Shown: positions 8,877 to 17,983, counted from the first letter of the stretch. The stretch: DNA of 23,238 nt from Nitrospinales bacterium (GCA_046757665.1 JBHHYO010000043.1:1-23238), one strand, 5' to 3'. The notes: generated by a model not told the origin, from the letters alone. A program made the numbers and translations.

Positions 8877-9731
8877 ATGTTTACGTTACGAAATCATAAG
8901 ACAAAGATTCCGCGGTCAGGGGGCTTTACCCTGATCGAACTGCTGGTTTCCCTGGCCATCGGCCTCGTTGTGCTGGCGTCCCTTTACCGCCTCTTCCTCT
9001 TCCAGGATGAAGTGTTGGGCAGGCAGGAGGGGTTGATGGAAGGAAACCAGAACGCCCGCAACGCGATGGACGTCCTCACCCGCGATTTTCGCATGGCCGG
9101 CCTGGGCGTTCCCAGTTCGGTGCAGGTCATCACCGCGGCCGATTATCAATCCATCACTTTTTTGGTCGATTATTGGAATGTCTTCGCGAAATTGACCAGC
9201 CAGGCGGCCGCTACGAGTACCGTGTTGAATGTGGACAGCATCACCGGATTCAAGTCCGGTCAAACCATCTACGTTTCCGACGGATTCACTGCCGAGTCCG
9301 CGATCCTGGCCGCCGACCCCGCTGGATCCCAGATCACACTCCCCGCCGGGTTGACCAATGCTTTCCCGACGGGAAGTTCGGTGAGCGTGGTCGATACGGT
9401 AACGTTTGATTATGTCGGGATTGCCAGTGATTCCACCAAGCGGCTCAGGCGCAAATTGAATTCCGGCGCCAAGGAAGTGCTGGCCAGCGATATCGATTAC
9501 ATGCAGATAAAATATTACGATTCCACCGGCACTGAAATCTCGAGCGTGGGGAACACCTTGACCTCCGCTGAAAGAAGTAGCGTCAGGAGCCTCAAGGTCC
9601 AGATCGTGGCCCGCAGTGACAAGCAGGGCGCCGGTATCAAGACCGTCACTTATGAGGATGGATCGACCAGCACGGATGGTTATGACCGGATATACCTGGA
9701 ATCCACGGTCCGTTTGAGGAACCTGTTTTAA
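8877..9731 (+). CDS. pilW: Type IV minor pilin, PilW-like
   Basis: G|FTLIELLVSLAIG, N.R.AMD.L.RDFRMAG (PilW-typical), C-terminal VRLRN. Confidence 0.88.
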   Translation: MFTLRNHKTKIPRSGGFTLIELLVSLAIGLVVLASLYRLFLFQDEVLGRQEGLMEGNQNARNAMDVLTRDFRMAGLGVPSSVQVITAADYQSITFLVDYWNVFAKLTSQAAATSTVLNVDSITGFKSGQTIYVSDGFTAESAILAADPAGSQITLPAGLTNAFPTGSSVSVVDTVTFDYVGIASDSTKRLRRKLNSGAKEVLASDIDYMQIKYYDSTGTEISSVGNTLTSAERSSVRSLKVQIVARSDKQGAGIKTVTYEDGSTSTDGYDRIYLESTVRLRNLF

Positions 9732-9751
9732 CAACCGGCACTACTTTTTTT

Positions 9752-10819
9752 ATGAGGCCCAATTTGGCGTTGCAGTTGCAGGAGGCGGTTGAATCCGGAA
9801 AGTCCTATCTCAACAATGCTCAAGGAGTGGTATTGATCGTTGCCCTCGTGCTCCTGGCGGTCATGCTCACCCTGGGTTCGCTCATGGCGCGGAATATGGC
9901 GACGGAGATCAGCATCTCAGGAAATTACGAAACCAACACACGTTCCTTGTTTGTCGCGGAAGGCGGATTGGAAATCGCCAAGGGTGAAATCTCCGGCAAC
10001 ATCAGTGGTGGCTTTACCGCCGACGGGTATTCCTCCGGAAACAGCCAGGAGTATGAGGTGGAATACGCTTCGATCCCCATGACCACGTTGACGAATCCCG
10101 TCAATTGGCTGGGCACGAGCAGTGGATGGTCCGTGAACAAAACGGCGGCCTCGAATACCCTCATGGACACGGTGGCGAGCACGGATTTAGATTTGACCAA
10201 CGCAACCTGGCCGCTCTACAAAAAAGTCGCGATCGGCGCCGATTTTGCGGTAGTGAGCCTGGAAAGACCCGAATGGTTTTCCTCCAATCCCACCAAGGTG
10301 CGGTTCAGCATCACATCGGAAACGGACAACCTGGCCAACACCAATCTGCTGAACCGCAAGGTAACCGGGACGTTCGAAGTCAACATGGGCAACAACTTTC
10401 TGACGTTTCAGACGTTTTCGGATCCCGCGGACAACCAGACCTTTATCGACAATATCGCAAACAATTTTGTGGTGATCGGCTCCGCGGGAACTCACTACGG
10501 CGGCGCGGGAGCGGGCAACGATTATGGAATCGATGCGGCAAGCGACGCCATTGCCGGGATTTGGACCTATGACCTGCTCGATAAAATCCTGATCATACAG
10601 AAGTGTACTGGCGGCACGCCGGGCTCGTTTTCCGGTTGCGCCAAGTATGGGAAGCCGGAGTTGAATACCACCAATCGGACCTTTATGCTCGGCGGTTCCG
10701 GTCATGGTTGCCTGTTTGGCGTCGACCCCTCCGATCCCGATGCGACGGCGGCAACGATCACCGTTACCGCGGGAGAAAAATACAAGCTCAAATATGTCAC
10801 TTCAGTGACTTGCCCCTGA
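9752..10819 (+). CDS. pilX: Type IV minor pilin, PilX-like
   Basis: QG|VVLIVALVLL lacking Glu+5 (diagnostic of PilX/GspK), SLFVAEGGLE motif, position after pilW, four C-terminal Cys. Confidence 0.85.
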   Translation: MRPNLALQLQEAVESGKSYLNNAQGVVLIVALVLLAVMLTLGSLMARNMATEISISGNYETNTRSLFVAEGGLEIAKGEISGNISGGFTADGYSSGNSQEYEVEYASIPMTTLTNPVNWLGTSSGWSVNKTAASNTLMDTVASTDLDLTNATWPLYKKVAIGADFAVVSLERPEWFSSNPTKVRFSITSETDNLANTNLLNRKVTGTFEVNMGNNFLTFQTFSDPADNQTFIDNIANNFVVIGSAGTHYGGAGAGNDYGIDAASDAIAGIWTYDLLDKILIIQKCTGGTPGSFSGCAKYGKPELNTTNRTFMLGGSGHGCLFGVDPSDPDATAATITVTAGEKYKLKYVTSVTCP

Positions 10820-10865
10820 ATCGTGGGTTGGATGATTTGATTAACTTTTTAAAGGAGATTTACAA

Positions 10866-11030
10866 ATGCAGACTTTCAAAAAAAGAAACCTGAAAAGCTT
10901 TATCTTTGTGATTGCCCTGGCGGTTACCTTGACCGCGCCGATGGCCATGGCGGGAGGTAGCAACAACAACGGCGGTTCGAGTTTCGATTCTCCGGACCCT
11001 AAAATCAAGGAATTCCGGGAAACAAAGTAG
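10866..11030 (+). CDS. 54-aa secreted micro-protein, copy 1 (MQTFKKRNLKSFIFVIALAVTLTAPMAMA|GGSNNNGGSSFDSPDPKIKEFRETK)
   Basis: AAGGAG RBS, Sec signal with AxA site, 46/54 identical to copy 2. Not in the ORF track. Confidence 0.85.
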   Translation: MQTFKKRNLKSFIFVIALAVTLTAPMAMAGGSNNNGGSSFDSPDPKIKEFRETK

Positions 11031-11131
11031 ATTGCGGGGTTTGCCCGCGCATCATGACTCAGTGTTGATTCGTTGGTTTGTCCATGAATCGTGTGTTAGG
11101 TGGTTTCATTAACTTTTTAGAGGAGGTTCAC

Positions 11132-11296
11132 ATGCAGACTTTCAAAAAAAGAAACCTGAAAAGTTTCATCTTTGCGATTGCCTTGGCGGTTACCTTGACC
11201 GCGCCGATGGCTATTGCGGGAGGCAGTAACAACAACAGTGGAACGGGTTTCGATTCCCCGGATCTTAAAATCAAGGAATTCCGGGAGAAACAGTAA
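11132..11296 (+). CDS. 54-aa secreted micro-protein, copy 2 (MQTFKKRNLKSFIFAIALAVTLTAPMAIA|GGSNNNSGTGFDSPDLKIKEFREKQ)
   Basis: AGGAGG RBS before ATG 11132. Same length and frame as copy 1, with many synonymous differences. Confidence 0.85.
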   Translation: MQTFKKRNLKSFIFAIALAVTLTAPMAIAGGSNNNSGTGFDSPDLKIKEFREKQ

Positions 11297-11316
11297 GTTT
11301 TCAGGGTTCACTGACT

Positions 11317-12237
11317 ATGCGCATTTTATTTCCATTGTTGAAAAGCAACCTGGCGGCGCTTGTTTGCTTCCTGCTGCTTTCCGGATGCTTCCGGATTCCC
11401 CAGCAGGAGCTACAAGCCGCCGTGGACCCGCTGAACGACAAAAACTACCCGCTGGCCATTGAAAAACTTTCGCAACTGCTGGAACGGTATCCTAAAAACG
11501 CCCAGGTGAATTATTACCTTGCTTTTGCTCACATGAAAAACAAGGAGCATAAAAAGGCGCTTCATTTTTTGGATCAGGTGCTGGCGTTTCAGAAAGACTA
11601 TGAAGCCGTTGTCGGCGACATCAAGATGGCCAACTTTTTGGCGGGCAACAGCCAAACCACGCGGGACCCGTTTTTCCGTCTGGCGGTTCTGGAAGCGCAA
11701 AAGATCATCGAGTTGCACCCCAACACAGAAATTTCCGACCGCGTCCGGTTTCATTTGGGTCATTATTATCTTTGGAAACGGGATTATCCCGCCGCCATCC
11801 GGATTTTCAAGCAGGTGATTGACAGTCCGCCCGGCGATACCGAGTCCGACCGCAATGCGTACCTGATGCTGGGAAATGTCTTTCTGCGTTACCTGGATAA
11901 CGAGGCGGAGGGTCTGAAGTTTCATAAGGCCCTGATGGAACGTTATCCGGGGAGCGACGCCGCGGTGGAGGCCCTGTTTCAGTCCGCCGAGTACAATGAA
12001 AACAAGATGCGGGTTTACGACCAAAGATACCGCGCCCTGCGCGAGTTTGCCCAAACCTGGAGCAATGATTCCACGCTGGGGCTGGAAGCCCGGTCCGCCA
12101 GGCAACAATCGCAGAAAGACCTTCAGTTTGCCATGAAGTACCGGGAAAAAGCGGTGGCGGCGTATCGCAAGATTCTTGACGGCCGCGGCGAGGACGCATT
12201 TTACGCCCGCGCCAAAACCCGGTTGGACCGGCTTTGA
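11317..12237 (+). CDS. TPR lipoprotein (BamD/YfiO-like repeat architecture)
   Basis: Lipobox LSGC. TPR units (YYLAFAH, FHLGHYY, AYLMLGNV) and 'ERYP.S..A.EA' motifs. Overlaps the next gene by 4 bp. Confidence 0.85.
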   Translation: MRILFPLLKSNLAALVCFLLLSGCFRIPQQELQAAVDPLNDKNYPLAIEKLSQLLERYPKNAQVNYYLAFAHMKNKEHKKALHFLDQVLAFQKDYEAVVGDIKMANFLAGNSQTTRDPFFRLAVLEAQKIIELHPNTEISDRVRFHLGHYYLWKRDYPAAIRIFKQVIDSPPGDTESDRNAYLMLGNVFLRYLDNEAEGLKFHKALMERYPGSDAAVEALFQSAEYNENKMRVYDQRYRALREFAQTWSNDSTLGLEARSARQQSQKDLQFAMKYREKAVAAYRKILDGRGEDAFYARAKTRLDRL

Positions 12238-13694
12238 AAATCCGTTTTCTTGTTCCCCCGGCGATTTTTGCCGCGGCCCTCGCTTTTTTCTACCCCATTC
12301 AGTTCTCCACGCAAAACATCCCCGGTTTCGACGGCTTCTATCACATCAAGCTGGCCTCGATCATCAGCCATCAGGGAATTGTCCATGAATTCCCCTGGTT
12401 TTGGCATACGCCGGGCGGATTCATCGACATTCATTTTTTGTATCATCTCCTGCTTGTCCCGTTTACCTCGGTTGATTTGATTGAGGGCGCCAAGCTTTCC
12501 ACCGTCGTTTTTTTTTCGATATTCAGTGTCGTCTTTTATTACGCCCTGAAAACCTCGAAGGTTCCCTTGCCATGGGTCTGGCTGGCCCTTTGTTTGATTA
12601 TCTCGACCGAGTTTTTGTATCGCATGAGTCTGCCCCGCGCGCCGTTGGTGGCGCTTTCATTTTTGTTCATGGGCGCCTGCCTGGTTGCCGGCGGGAAATA
12701 CAAGGCGGTGTTTTTTCTCACATTTGCTTTTGTCTGGTTATACGGCGGATTCACGCTTTTTGTTCTGCTGGCGTGTTTTATTGTTCTGAGCCAATGGGTG
12801 GTCGAAAGGCGTGTGGATGACCGGAGCCTCGCCGCCGTTCTTTTGGGCGCCGCCGCGGGCCTGGTGGTCAATCCGTATTTCCCGGAGAATGCGTTTTTCC
12901 TGTTCGCGCAAACCTTTTCGGCGGGCGTGGACCGCATGGTGCCGGGCGGCGAGGAATGGAAGCCGTATGGCGCAGTGGCGCTACTGACGTCTCATCTGAG
13001 CCTGGTGTTTCTGTTGGCCGCTACGGCTTCGGTCTTTGCGTCCGTCAGAAAAAAACCGCGTCCGGACACCCTGGGCTGGGTTCTGTTCCTGATCCTCGTC
13101 ATCTGCCTGACCTTGCGGTCCAGACGCTTTGTGGAGTACCTCGTGCCCGTGGCGGTTATGGCGGGCGCCCTGCTGTTCCGCGACGGGTGGCGCGAGTCGC
13201 CGTTGCACAGCCGTTTCACATCGCGTGGGATTGGCCTGTTGGTTCAGGCGGCCCTGGTCGCCGCCCTGCTTTTCATCGGCGGCCGCCAGATTGACGCGGC
13301 AAAAAAAGAACTGCGCGACCCCAGAGCCACCGGGCGCTATCAACAAGCCGCGCTCTGGCTCAAAACCCATACGCCCGGCTCCACGATCTTTAATACGGAT
13401 TGGGATGATTTCCCGGAGTTGTTCTTTTACAATTCCAGAAACCGTTATGTGGCGGGCCTCGATCCCGCGTTTTTGTATTTGTACGATCAATCCCTCTATC
13501 GCAAGTGGGTCGATATCAGCCAGGGAGCGCTCGAGGGCGACCCCTATCCCGTTTTGAGAAATGACTTTAAAACACCGTACCTGTTTACCGACCTGCGCCA
13601 CGGCCGGTTTATCCGGCTTATGGAAAAGCATCCGTTGATCGAGCTTGTGTACAAGGACGCCCACGCCCACATCTACCGCCTGCGAAAAAAATAA
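12234..13694 (+). CDS. Multi-pass membrane GT-C-fold protein, STT3/AglB oligosaccharyltransferase-like
   Basis: DGFYH in the first external loop, many TM helices, RRFVEY, then a soluble domain with A..WLK..TP...IFNTDWDDFP. Confidence 0.65.
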   Translation: MKIRFLVPPAIFAAALAFFYPIQFSTQNIPGFDGFYHIKLASIISHQGIVHEFPWFWHTPGGFIDIHFLYHLLLVPFTSVDLIEGAKLSTVVFFSIFSVVFYYALKTSKVPLPWVWLALCLIISTEFLYRMSLPRAPLVALSFLFMGACLVAGGKYKAVFFLTFAFVWLYGGFTLFVLLACFIVLSQWVVERRVDDRSLAAVLLGAAAGLVVNPYFPENAFFLFAQTFSAGVDRMVPGGEEWKPYGAVALLTSHLSLVFLLAATASVFASVRKKPRPDTLGWVLFLILVICLTLRSRRFVEYLVPVAVMAGALLFRDGWRESPLHSRFTSRGIGLLVQAALVAALLFIGGRQIDAAKKELRDPRATGRYQQAALWLKTHTPGSTIFNTDWDDFPELFFYNSRNRYVAGLDPAFLYLYDQSLYRKWVDISQGALEGDPYPVLRNDFKTPYLFTDLRHGRFIRLMEKHPLIELVYKDAHAHIYRLRKK

Positions 13695-13732
13695 ATTTTT
13701 AAGATTGGACGCGCTGGCGGCGGCGCGCGGTG

Positions 13733-15769
13733 TTACGGGACAAGCCCTTTGGCCGGGGTCGCCGTCGTTTTGGCAGGGATGAGGGCTTTTCGGGGGACCA
13801 GGCCCTTGTCGCCGGCGGGTGTGATCCAGGCCGGATAGAACTCCACCGGCTTGCCGGTGTGCGGGAAAAACAGCTCCAGGGTATGCACCCCTTTTGTGAG
13901 CTGGACCGCGTATTCCCACAGGCCGTGGTGGTTGCGGAAGTCGAGCTTCCGGCTCGGTTTCTCGTCGATTTTGAATGTATGTTCATGAGGCGTGAAAATG
14001 GCGAACCGGTACCGGCCGGTTTCGGGGATGACCAGGTATCGAAACCATTCAAACCCCTTGGGCGAAATTTTCGATCCGGCTTTCGTGTTGGTCAAGTCGG
14101 GTCGATCTTTCCCCTGGGCCTCCATGGACTTGTAAATTTCCAGCAAGGGAACGCCTTCCCGTCGCACGGCGTATTCCGGGGTCAGGTAATCGGCGTAAAA
14201 CCAGTCGCGGGCCTTGAACCAGCCCTGCCGGTACTGCAACAGATAATAATCGTAATCCGTTTTCTTCTGGGAGATGGACGGGTCCAGGATTCCGATTTGC
14301 TTATAATATTTGAAGGTGTACTTCAATCCCGTCACTTCCGAAAACGCTTTGCCATGGTATTTCCGATTCATCATGGCCGCCGTTTCGAGAGTGAAGGCGT
14401 CGTTCCAGTAGGTCGATTCCAAACCCAGTTTCCGTGCGCCCTGCGGGCCGCCGACAAACAGGTTGAAATAGGAAAGCTCGAAGGGATGAATCCGCGCCAG
14501 GGACAGGCCGGAGAAAAATATCACCGCCACGGCGAGGCCGGGAGCCAGGATAGACTGGATGCTTTGGCGGGCGGCAATCCGGGCCAGATAAAACGAGCCG
14601 ATTCCCGCCAGCCCCGCCAGAAAAGGAAAGGCAGACAAAAACAAGCGCACGCCGTCGTAAATGGGAATGTTTTTAAATAACGTCAGACCCAGGGCCGACA
14701 AGGCGTTCAGGGTAAAAAACAGCCCCAGAAAATCCGCCGCCCGCCTGGAAAAATACGACCGGATTTCGCGCCAGGCGCTCATGACCAGTCCGAACAAGGA
14801 TAATATCAGCGTCAAGGGCGGCAGGGTGATCGATGTCATGAAAAACGCATAATATTTGGGAGGCGAGAAGCCGTAGTGTTCGCCCAGAAAATGCGTCGAT
14901 ACCTGTTCGTAACTTTTTTTGGTCATCATGTTGTCCAGAAAATCAACCAGGTTGTACAGCGAGTGCCAGTAGCTTGGGTTGGTCAGGTAAAGCACCAGAG
15001 GAGAAATGACCAGCAAGGCAACCAGGTTCGGCAGGATGTTTTTTCTGAAAAACAACAGCCCCCAGAAGAACAGGGGCAGGGGCGCGGCAAATCCGTGAAT
15101 TTTCGTGTTCATGGCCAGTCCGGCGGAAACGGCGAACAACACCGCCCAGCGGCGGGAATGCAGACCGTGGATAAAACAAAACGCGGTGATCAGCCACATG
15201 GAGGCGATTTGGCTGTCCAGGGCGATCAGGTGGGCGTGGCCGAATGCCGCCGGGCACAGGAGAAGGCCGAAGGATGCTACAATACCGGGCGCCCATCCGT
15301 AGTACCGGGCGACAAGGAGAAACAGCAGGGCAACCGAGATGGCGAACAAAACGGCAGGCGCCAGACGCAGTGCCCTGATCTCCCCCAGACTGCCGTGAAA
15401 CCACTTCCAGGTTATCCCGGTCAGGGTTCTGGCGAATGGAGGGTGGAAAAGGTATTGGGGTTTGAAATACTCCTTGATGAATTCCCGGGAGGTCAAATGC
15501 TCCCAGTTGCCATGCGCGACGTCTGCCAGCGCCAGTTCCAGCCAGGTGACGAATGAGATTGCCGCCTCGCGGTTGGCGTACGGTTCGTCCAGGGTGACGC
15601 CGGGGTCGTCCAGCGTGGCGAACAGGAGAAAAAACGCCGTCAGGAAAACCGCCAGGCCGATCCAGCGCCGGGCGCGCCGGGTGGTCGCGTCTTCCGGGAG
15701 AAGTACCGCGGCGACGGCATCCGGGCCGGGCGTTTGCGGCGGGCTTTGTTCGGCAATGGTTTTATTCAT
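13733..15769 (-). CDS. GT-C glycosyltransferase (ArnT/PMT, GT39/83-like) with a C-terminal soluble beta domain
   Basis: TLDEP acidic motif after TM1, HPPF, ALRL, H...LD, GLAMNTK, RLFL, LSYFN..VGG and YW motifs. Many TM segments. Confidence 0.8.
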   Translation of the reverse strand: MNKTIAEQSPPQTPGPDAVAAVLLPEDATTRRARRWIGLAVFLTAFFLLFATLDDPGVTLDEPYANREAAISFVTWLELALADVAHGNWEHLTSREFIKEYFKPQYLFHPPFARTLTGITWKWFHGSLGEIRALRLAPAVLFAISVALLFLLVARYYGWAPGIVASFGLLLCPAAFGHAHLIALDSQIASMWLITAFCFIHGLHSRRWAVLFAVSAGLAMNTKIHGFAAPLPLFFWGLLFFRKNILPNLVALLVISPLVLYLTNPSYWHSLYNLVDFLDNMMTKKSYEQVSTHFLGEHYGFSPPKYYAFFMTSITLPPLTLILSLFGLVMSAWREIRSYFSRRAADFLGLFFTLNALSALGLTLFKNIPIYDGVRLFLSAFPFLAGLAGIGSFYLARIAARQSIQSILAPGLAVAVIFFSGLSLARIHPFELSYFNLFVGGPQGARKLGLESTYWNDAFTLETAAMMNRKYHGKAFSEVTGLKYTFKYYKQIGILDPSISQKKTDYDYYLLQYRQGWFKARDWFYADYLTPEYAVRREGVPLLEIYKSMEAQGKDRPDLTNTKAGSKISPKGFEWFRYLVIPETGRYRFAIFTPHEHTFKIDEKPSRKLDFRNHHGLWEYAVQLTKGVHTLELFFPHTGKPVEFYPAWITPAGDKGLVPRKALIPAKTTATPAKGLVP

Positions 15770-15827
15770 GGCTGGCGGTTAGGTGTTTTTCCTTTTCGTC
15801 ATCCGAGTGATTTTAACAGAGTTGGAC

Positions 15828-16808
15828 ATGAAAGTACTCATTACCGGCGGTACGGGGTTCATTGGTTCGGTTTTAATTCGCCGTCTGCTCGAGCGCCGGA
15901 TGACGGTCGAGGCGCTGGTCCGCCATCCCGGCCAGGCAAACGCCCTGGAAAGCCGGGGCGTGAAGGTCTTGCGGGCGGACCTGTCCCGTCCGGAAACCTT
16001 GAAGGAGGTGGAAGGAACCTGGGACGTCGTTATCAATACAGCGGGAGTCATGGGCAAGTTCGGTATTTCGCCGGAGCAGATACGCGCCGTCAATGTTGAC
16101 GGCGTTGCCGCCTTGTATCGTTTGTGCCGGGAACGGGGCGCGCGGCAGTTTATTCATCTCAGCACGGTCGGAGTGACCGGCCCCACGCAGGGGGCGGTTT
16201 TCGACGAGTCCAGTCCCTGCCATCCGTCCACCGTTTATGAACGTTGCAAGCTGGAGGGGGAACAAGTCCTGGCCGGCCTGCATGAACCCGGCGCGGGTTC
16301 CTTGTCCATCCTGCGGCCCGGGTTCACCTACGGCCCCGGAGACAGGCATAAACTGGCCCTGTTCCGCGCCATCGACCGGGGATTTTTTTTTCTTATCGGG
16401 CCGGGAGACGGATTGTTGCAACCCATTTATGTTGACGACCTGGTGAAAGGGATCGAAAAAACCATGGACGCGCGGCCGGAGGGTTGCGAGATCATCAATC
16501 TGTGCGGCGCCCGGCCGCTGACGTGGAAAACGTTCGCCACCACTGCCGCGGCAGTCATGGGAAAAAAAATCCCCCCCGTCAACCTTCCCCTTTGGCTCTG
16601 CCGGACCGCCGCGGGTGTTTTTGAAACGGCGGGGAAATTTCTGCCTTTCGCGCCGCCGCTGACCCGATCCAGAATCGCCCTCATGACGCAAAGTTATGCC
16701 TACCGTATCGACAAAGCGGAAAGACTTTTAGGATTCAAGCCGGAAACAAGTCTTGAGGAAGGAATCGCCCGCACCGTCAATGAGTACCGCGAGCGCCGTT
16801 TACTTTAA
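15828..16808 (+). CDS. NAD-dependent epimerase/dehydratase (extended SDR)
   Basis: GGTGFIG Rossmann motif, YERCK (YxxxK), YGPGD. Start placed at MKVLITGG. Confidence 0.92.
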   Translation: MKVLITGGTGFIGSVLIRRLLERRMTVEALVRHPGQANALESRGVKVLRADLSRPETLKEVEGTWDVVINTAGVMGKFGISPEQIRAVNVDGVAALYRLCRERGARQFIHLSTVGVTGPTQGAVFDESSPCHPSTVYERCKLEGEQVLAGLHEPGAGSLSILRPGFTYGPGDRHKLALFRAIDRGFFFLIGPGDGLLQPIYVDDLVKGIEKTMDARPEGCEIINLCGARPLTWKTFATTAAAVMGKKIPPVNLPLWLCRTAAGVFETAGKFLPFAPPLTRSRIALMTQSYAYRIDKAERLLGFKPETSLEEGIARTVNEYRERRLL

Positions 16809-17940
16809 AGGGAAGCAAATGGAGCAGGACCTGGGCCAGTTTTCTGAAATCGCAAAGGATGTTCGCGTAAGACTGGTTGGCCAGGGGACAGTGGCATTTC
16901 TTCTGCTTGATAAATTTGCGAACCTCCGCCGCCCGTTCGGAACGCCAGATGTCCCAAAAGCGGAATTGCGTGTCCTTGAGATTTCCCATGGACTGAGTAT
17001 TTCCCAGAATACAGCAAGGCCAGACATTGCCGTAGGGGTCAACGTGAACGTTTGAAATTCCGCCATAACAAGGGATGACCTGTTTTTTTCTGTTTAAAAT
17101 ATCCGCGGTTAGGTCATAATAAACAAGGCGGAAAGCATCCGTTATGCGGGCCAGGCCCTTTTTCCGGCTCAACCGGGAGTGGATGGCGGTTTTGAATTCG
17201 CGCATGGCGATTTTGAATTCGTCCGGCGAAGGCGCGATGTTGTCTTCCGTGTTGAACATTTCGTCGCGGTTTTCGGCCACTTCGGAAATATAGGAATCGA
17301 CGTCCAGTTTGTCGGCGTAATCCATGATTTCCCGCAGGTGTTTGATGTTGAACCGGGATACGACAGTGCCGAGTCCGACATGCAGGTTGGTGCGCCCTTT
17401 TTGCAGTTCCTTGAGTCCCGCGACGAGCCGGAGCAGTTTGTCGAAATTGCCTTTCACGCCGCGGACCTCGTCATGCATACTGCCAACGCCGTCAAAGGAA
17501 GGCTTGATTTGCAAAGCGATGTTCGGAAAGCGCGCGTCCAGCATGGCCAGGATTTTTTTGACCGACACAATCGTTTTCTCCACCGCCAGCGCGTTGGTGG
17601 GAATATGAATGACCGAGGGGCGCAGGTATCGGCAACCCAGCTCGACGATTTCCGGCAGGTCGTTTCGCAGGAAAGGACAGCCGCCGGATACGTTGAAGAA
17701 ATAGACGTTGCCCACGGAGCGAAACATTTTTTCGATTTCATCCAGGGACAATTCTTCCTGCAACTTTTCGGGTTCTTTGCGGTACACCTCCCAGATTTTG
17801 CAGGAGAGACAGCGCGACTGGCATTTATTGGTAACCGAAAAGGTGAAGTTGATCGGCGCGGCGGCGGGCGTAACTCCCATATGAGTCAGCCGGAAGTTTA
17901 TTACTTTTTCAGCAATGTGCAGGCCTTGTTTAATTTTCAT
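16777..17940 (-). CDS. Radical SAM protein with SPASM/twitch domain
   Basis: CQSRCLSC (Cx3Cx2C), SGG, C-terminal C..G......P.G.VWPCC...GNL and CHC. Start placed at MKIKQG; the ORF is open to 18003. Confidence 0.9.
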   Translation of the reverse strand: MKIKQGLHIAEKVINFRLTHMGVTPAAAPINFTFSVTNKCQSRCLSCKIWEVYRKEPEKLQEELSLDEIEKMFRSVGNVYFFNVSGGCPFLRNDLPEIVELGCRYLRPSVIHIPTNALAVEKTIVSVKKILAMLDARFPNIALQIKPSFDGVGSMHDEVRGVKGNFDKLLRLVAGLKELQKGRTNLHVGLGTVVSRFNIKHLREIMDYADKLDVDSYISEVAENRDEMFNTEDNIAPSPDEFKIAMREFKTAIHSRLSRKKGLARITDAFRLVYYDLTADILNRKKQVIPCYGGISNVHVDPYGNVWPCCILGNTQSMGNLKDTQFRFWDIWRSERAAEVRKFIKQKKCHCPLANQSYANILCDFRKLAQVLLHLLPFKVNGARGTH

Positions 17941-17983
17941 AACACTCTCGAAAGGTGGAAGCGTTTGTTCCTTCCAATCTATC

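Larger units (their letters stand above)
10817..11296 (+). repeat. Tandem direct duplication (period about 266 bp) of an RBS plus micro-protein gene unit
   Basis: TGAATCGTG..TTAACTTTTTA.AGGAG..ATGCAGACTTTCAAAAAAAGAAACCTGAAAAG starts at 10817 and again at 11085. The ATGs are at 10866 and 11132. Confidence 0.92.

Noticed and set aside
10817-11296. CRISPR array or non-coding tandem repeat
   Set aside because: Only two long units, each an intact ORF with RBS. There is no short repeat-spacer structure and no cas gene.
13713-15778. GCTGGCGG 8-mers flanking the minus-strand GT-C as recombination or inversion sites
   Set aside because: They are short, GC-rich and in direct rather than inverted orientation, so expected by chance. 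No recombinase is nearby.
10866-17940. RiPP cluster: micro-peptides as precursors modified by the radical SAM/SPASM enzyme
   Set aside because: The peptides carry Sec-type signals, while radical SAM enzymes are cytoplasmic. The enzyme is about 5.5 kb away on the opposite strand among sugar genes, and no RRE domain, peptidase or exporter is evident.
15828-17940. Hopanoid genes hpnA/hpnH
   Set aside because: The epimerase plus radical SAM pairing is suggestive, but there is no squalene-hopene cyclase or other hpn gene, and no specific motif supports it.
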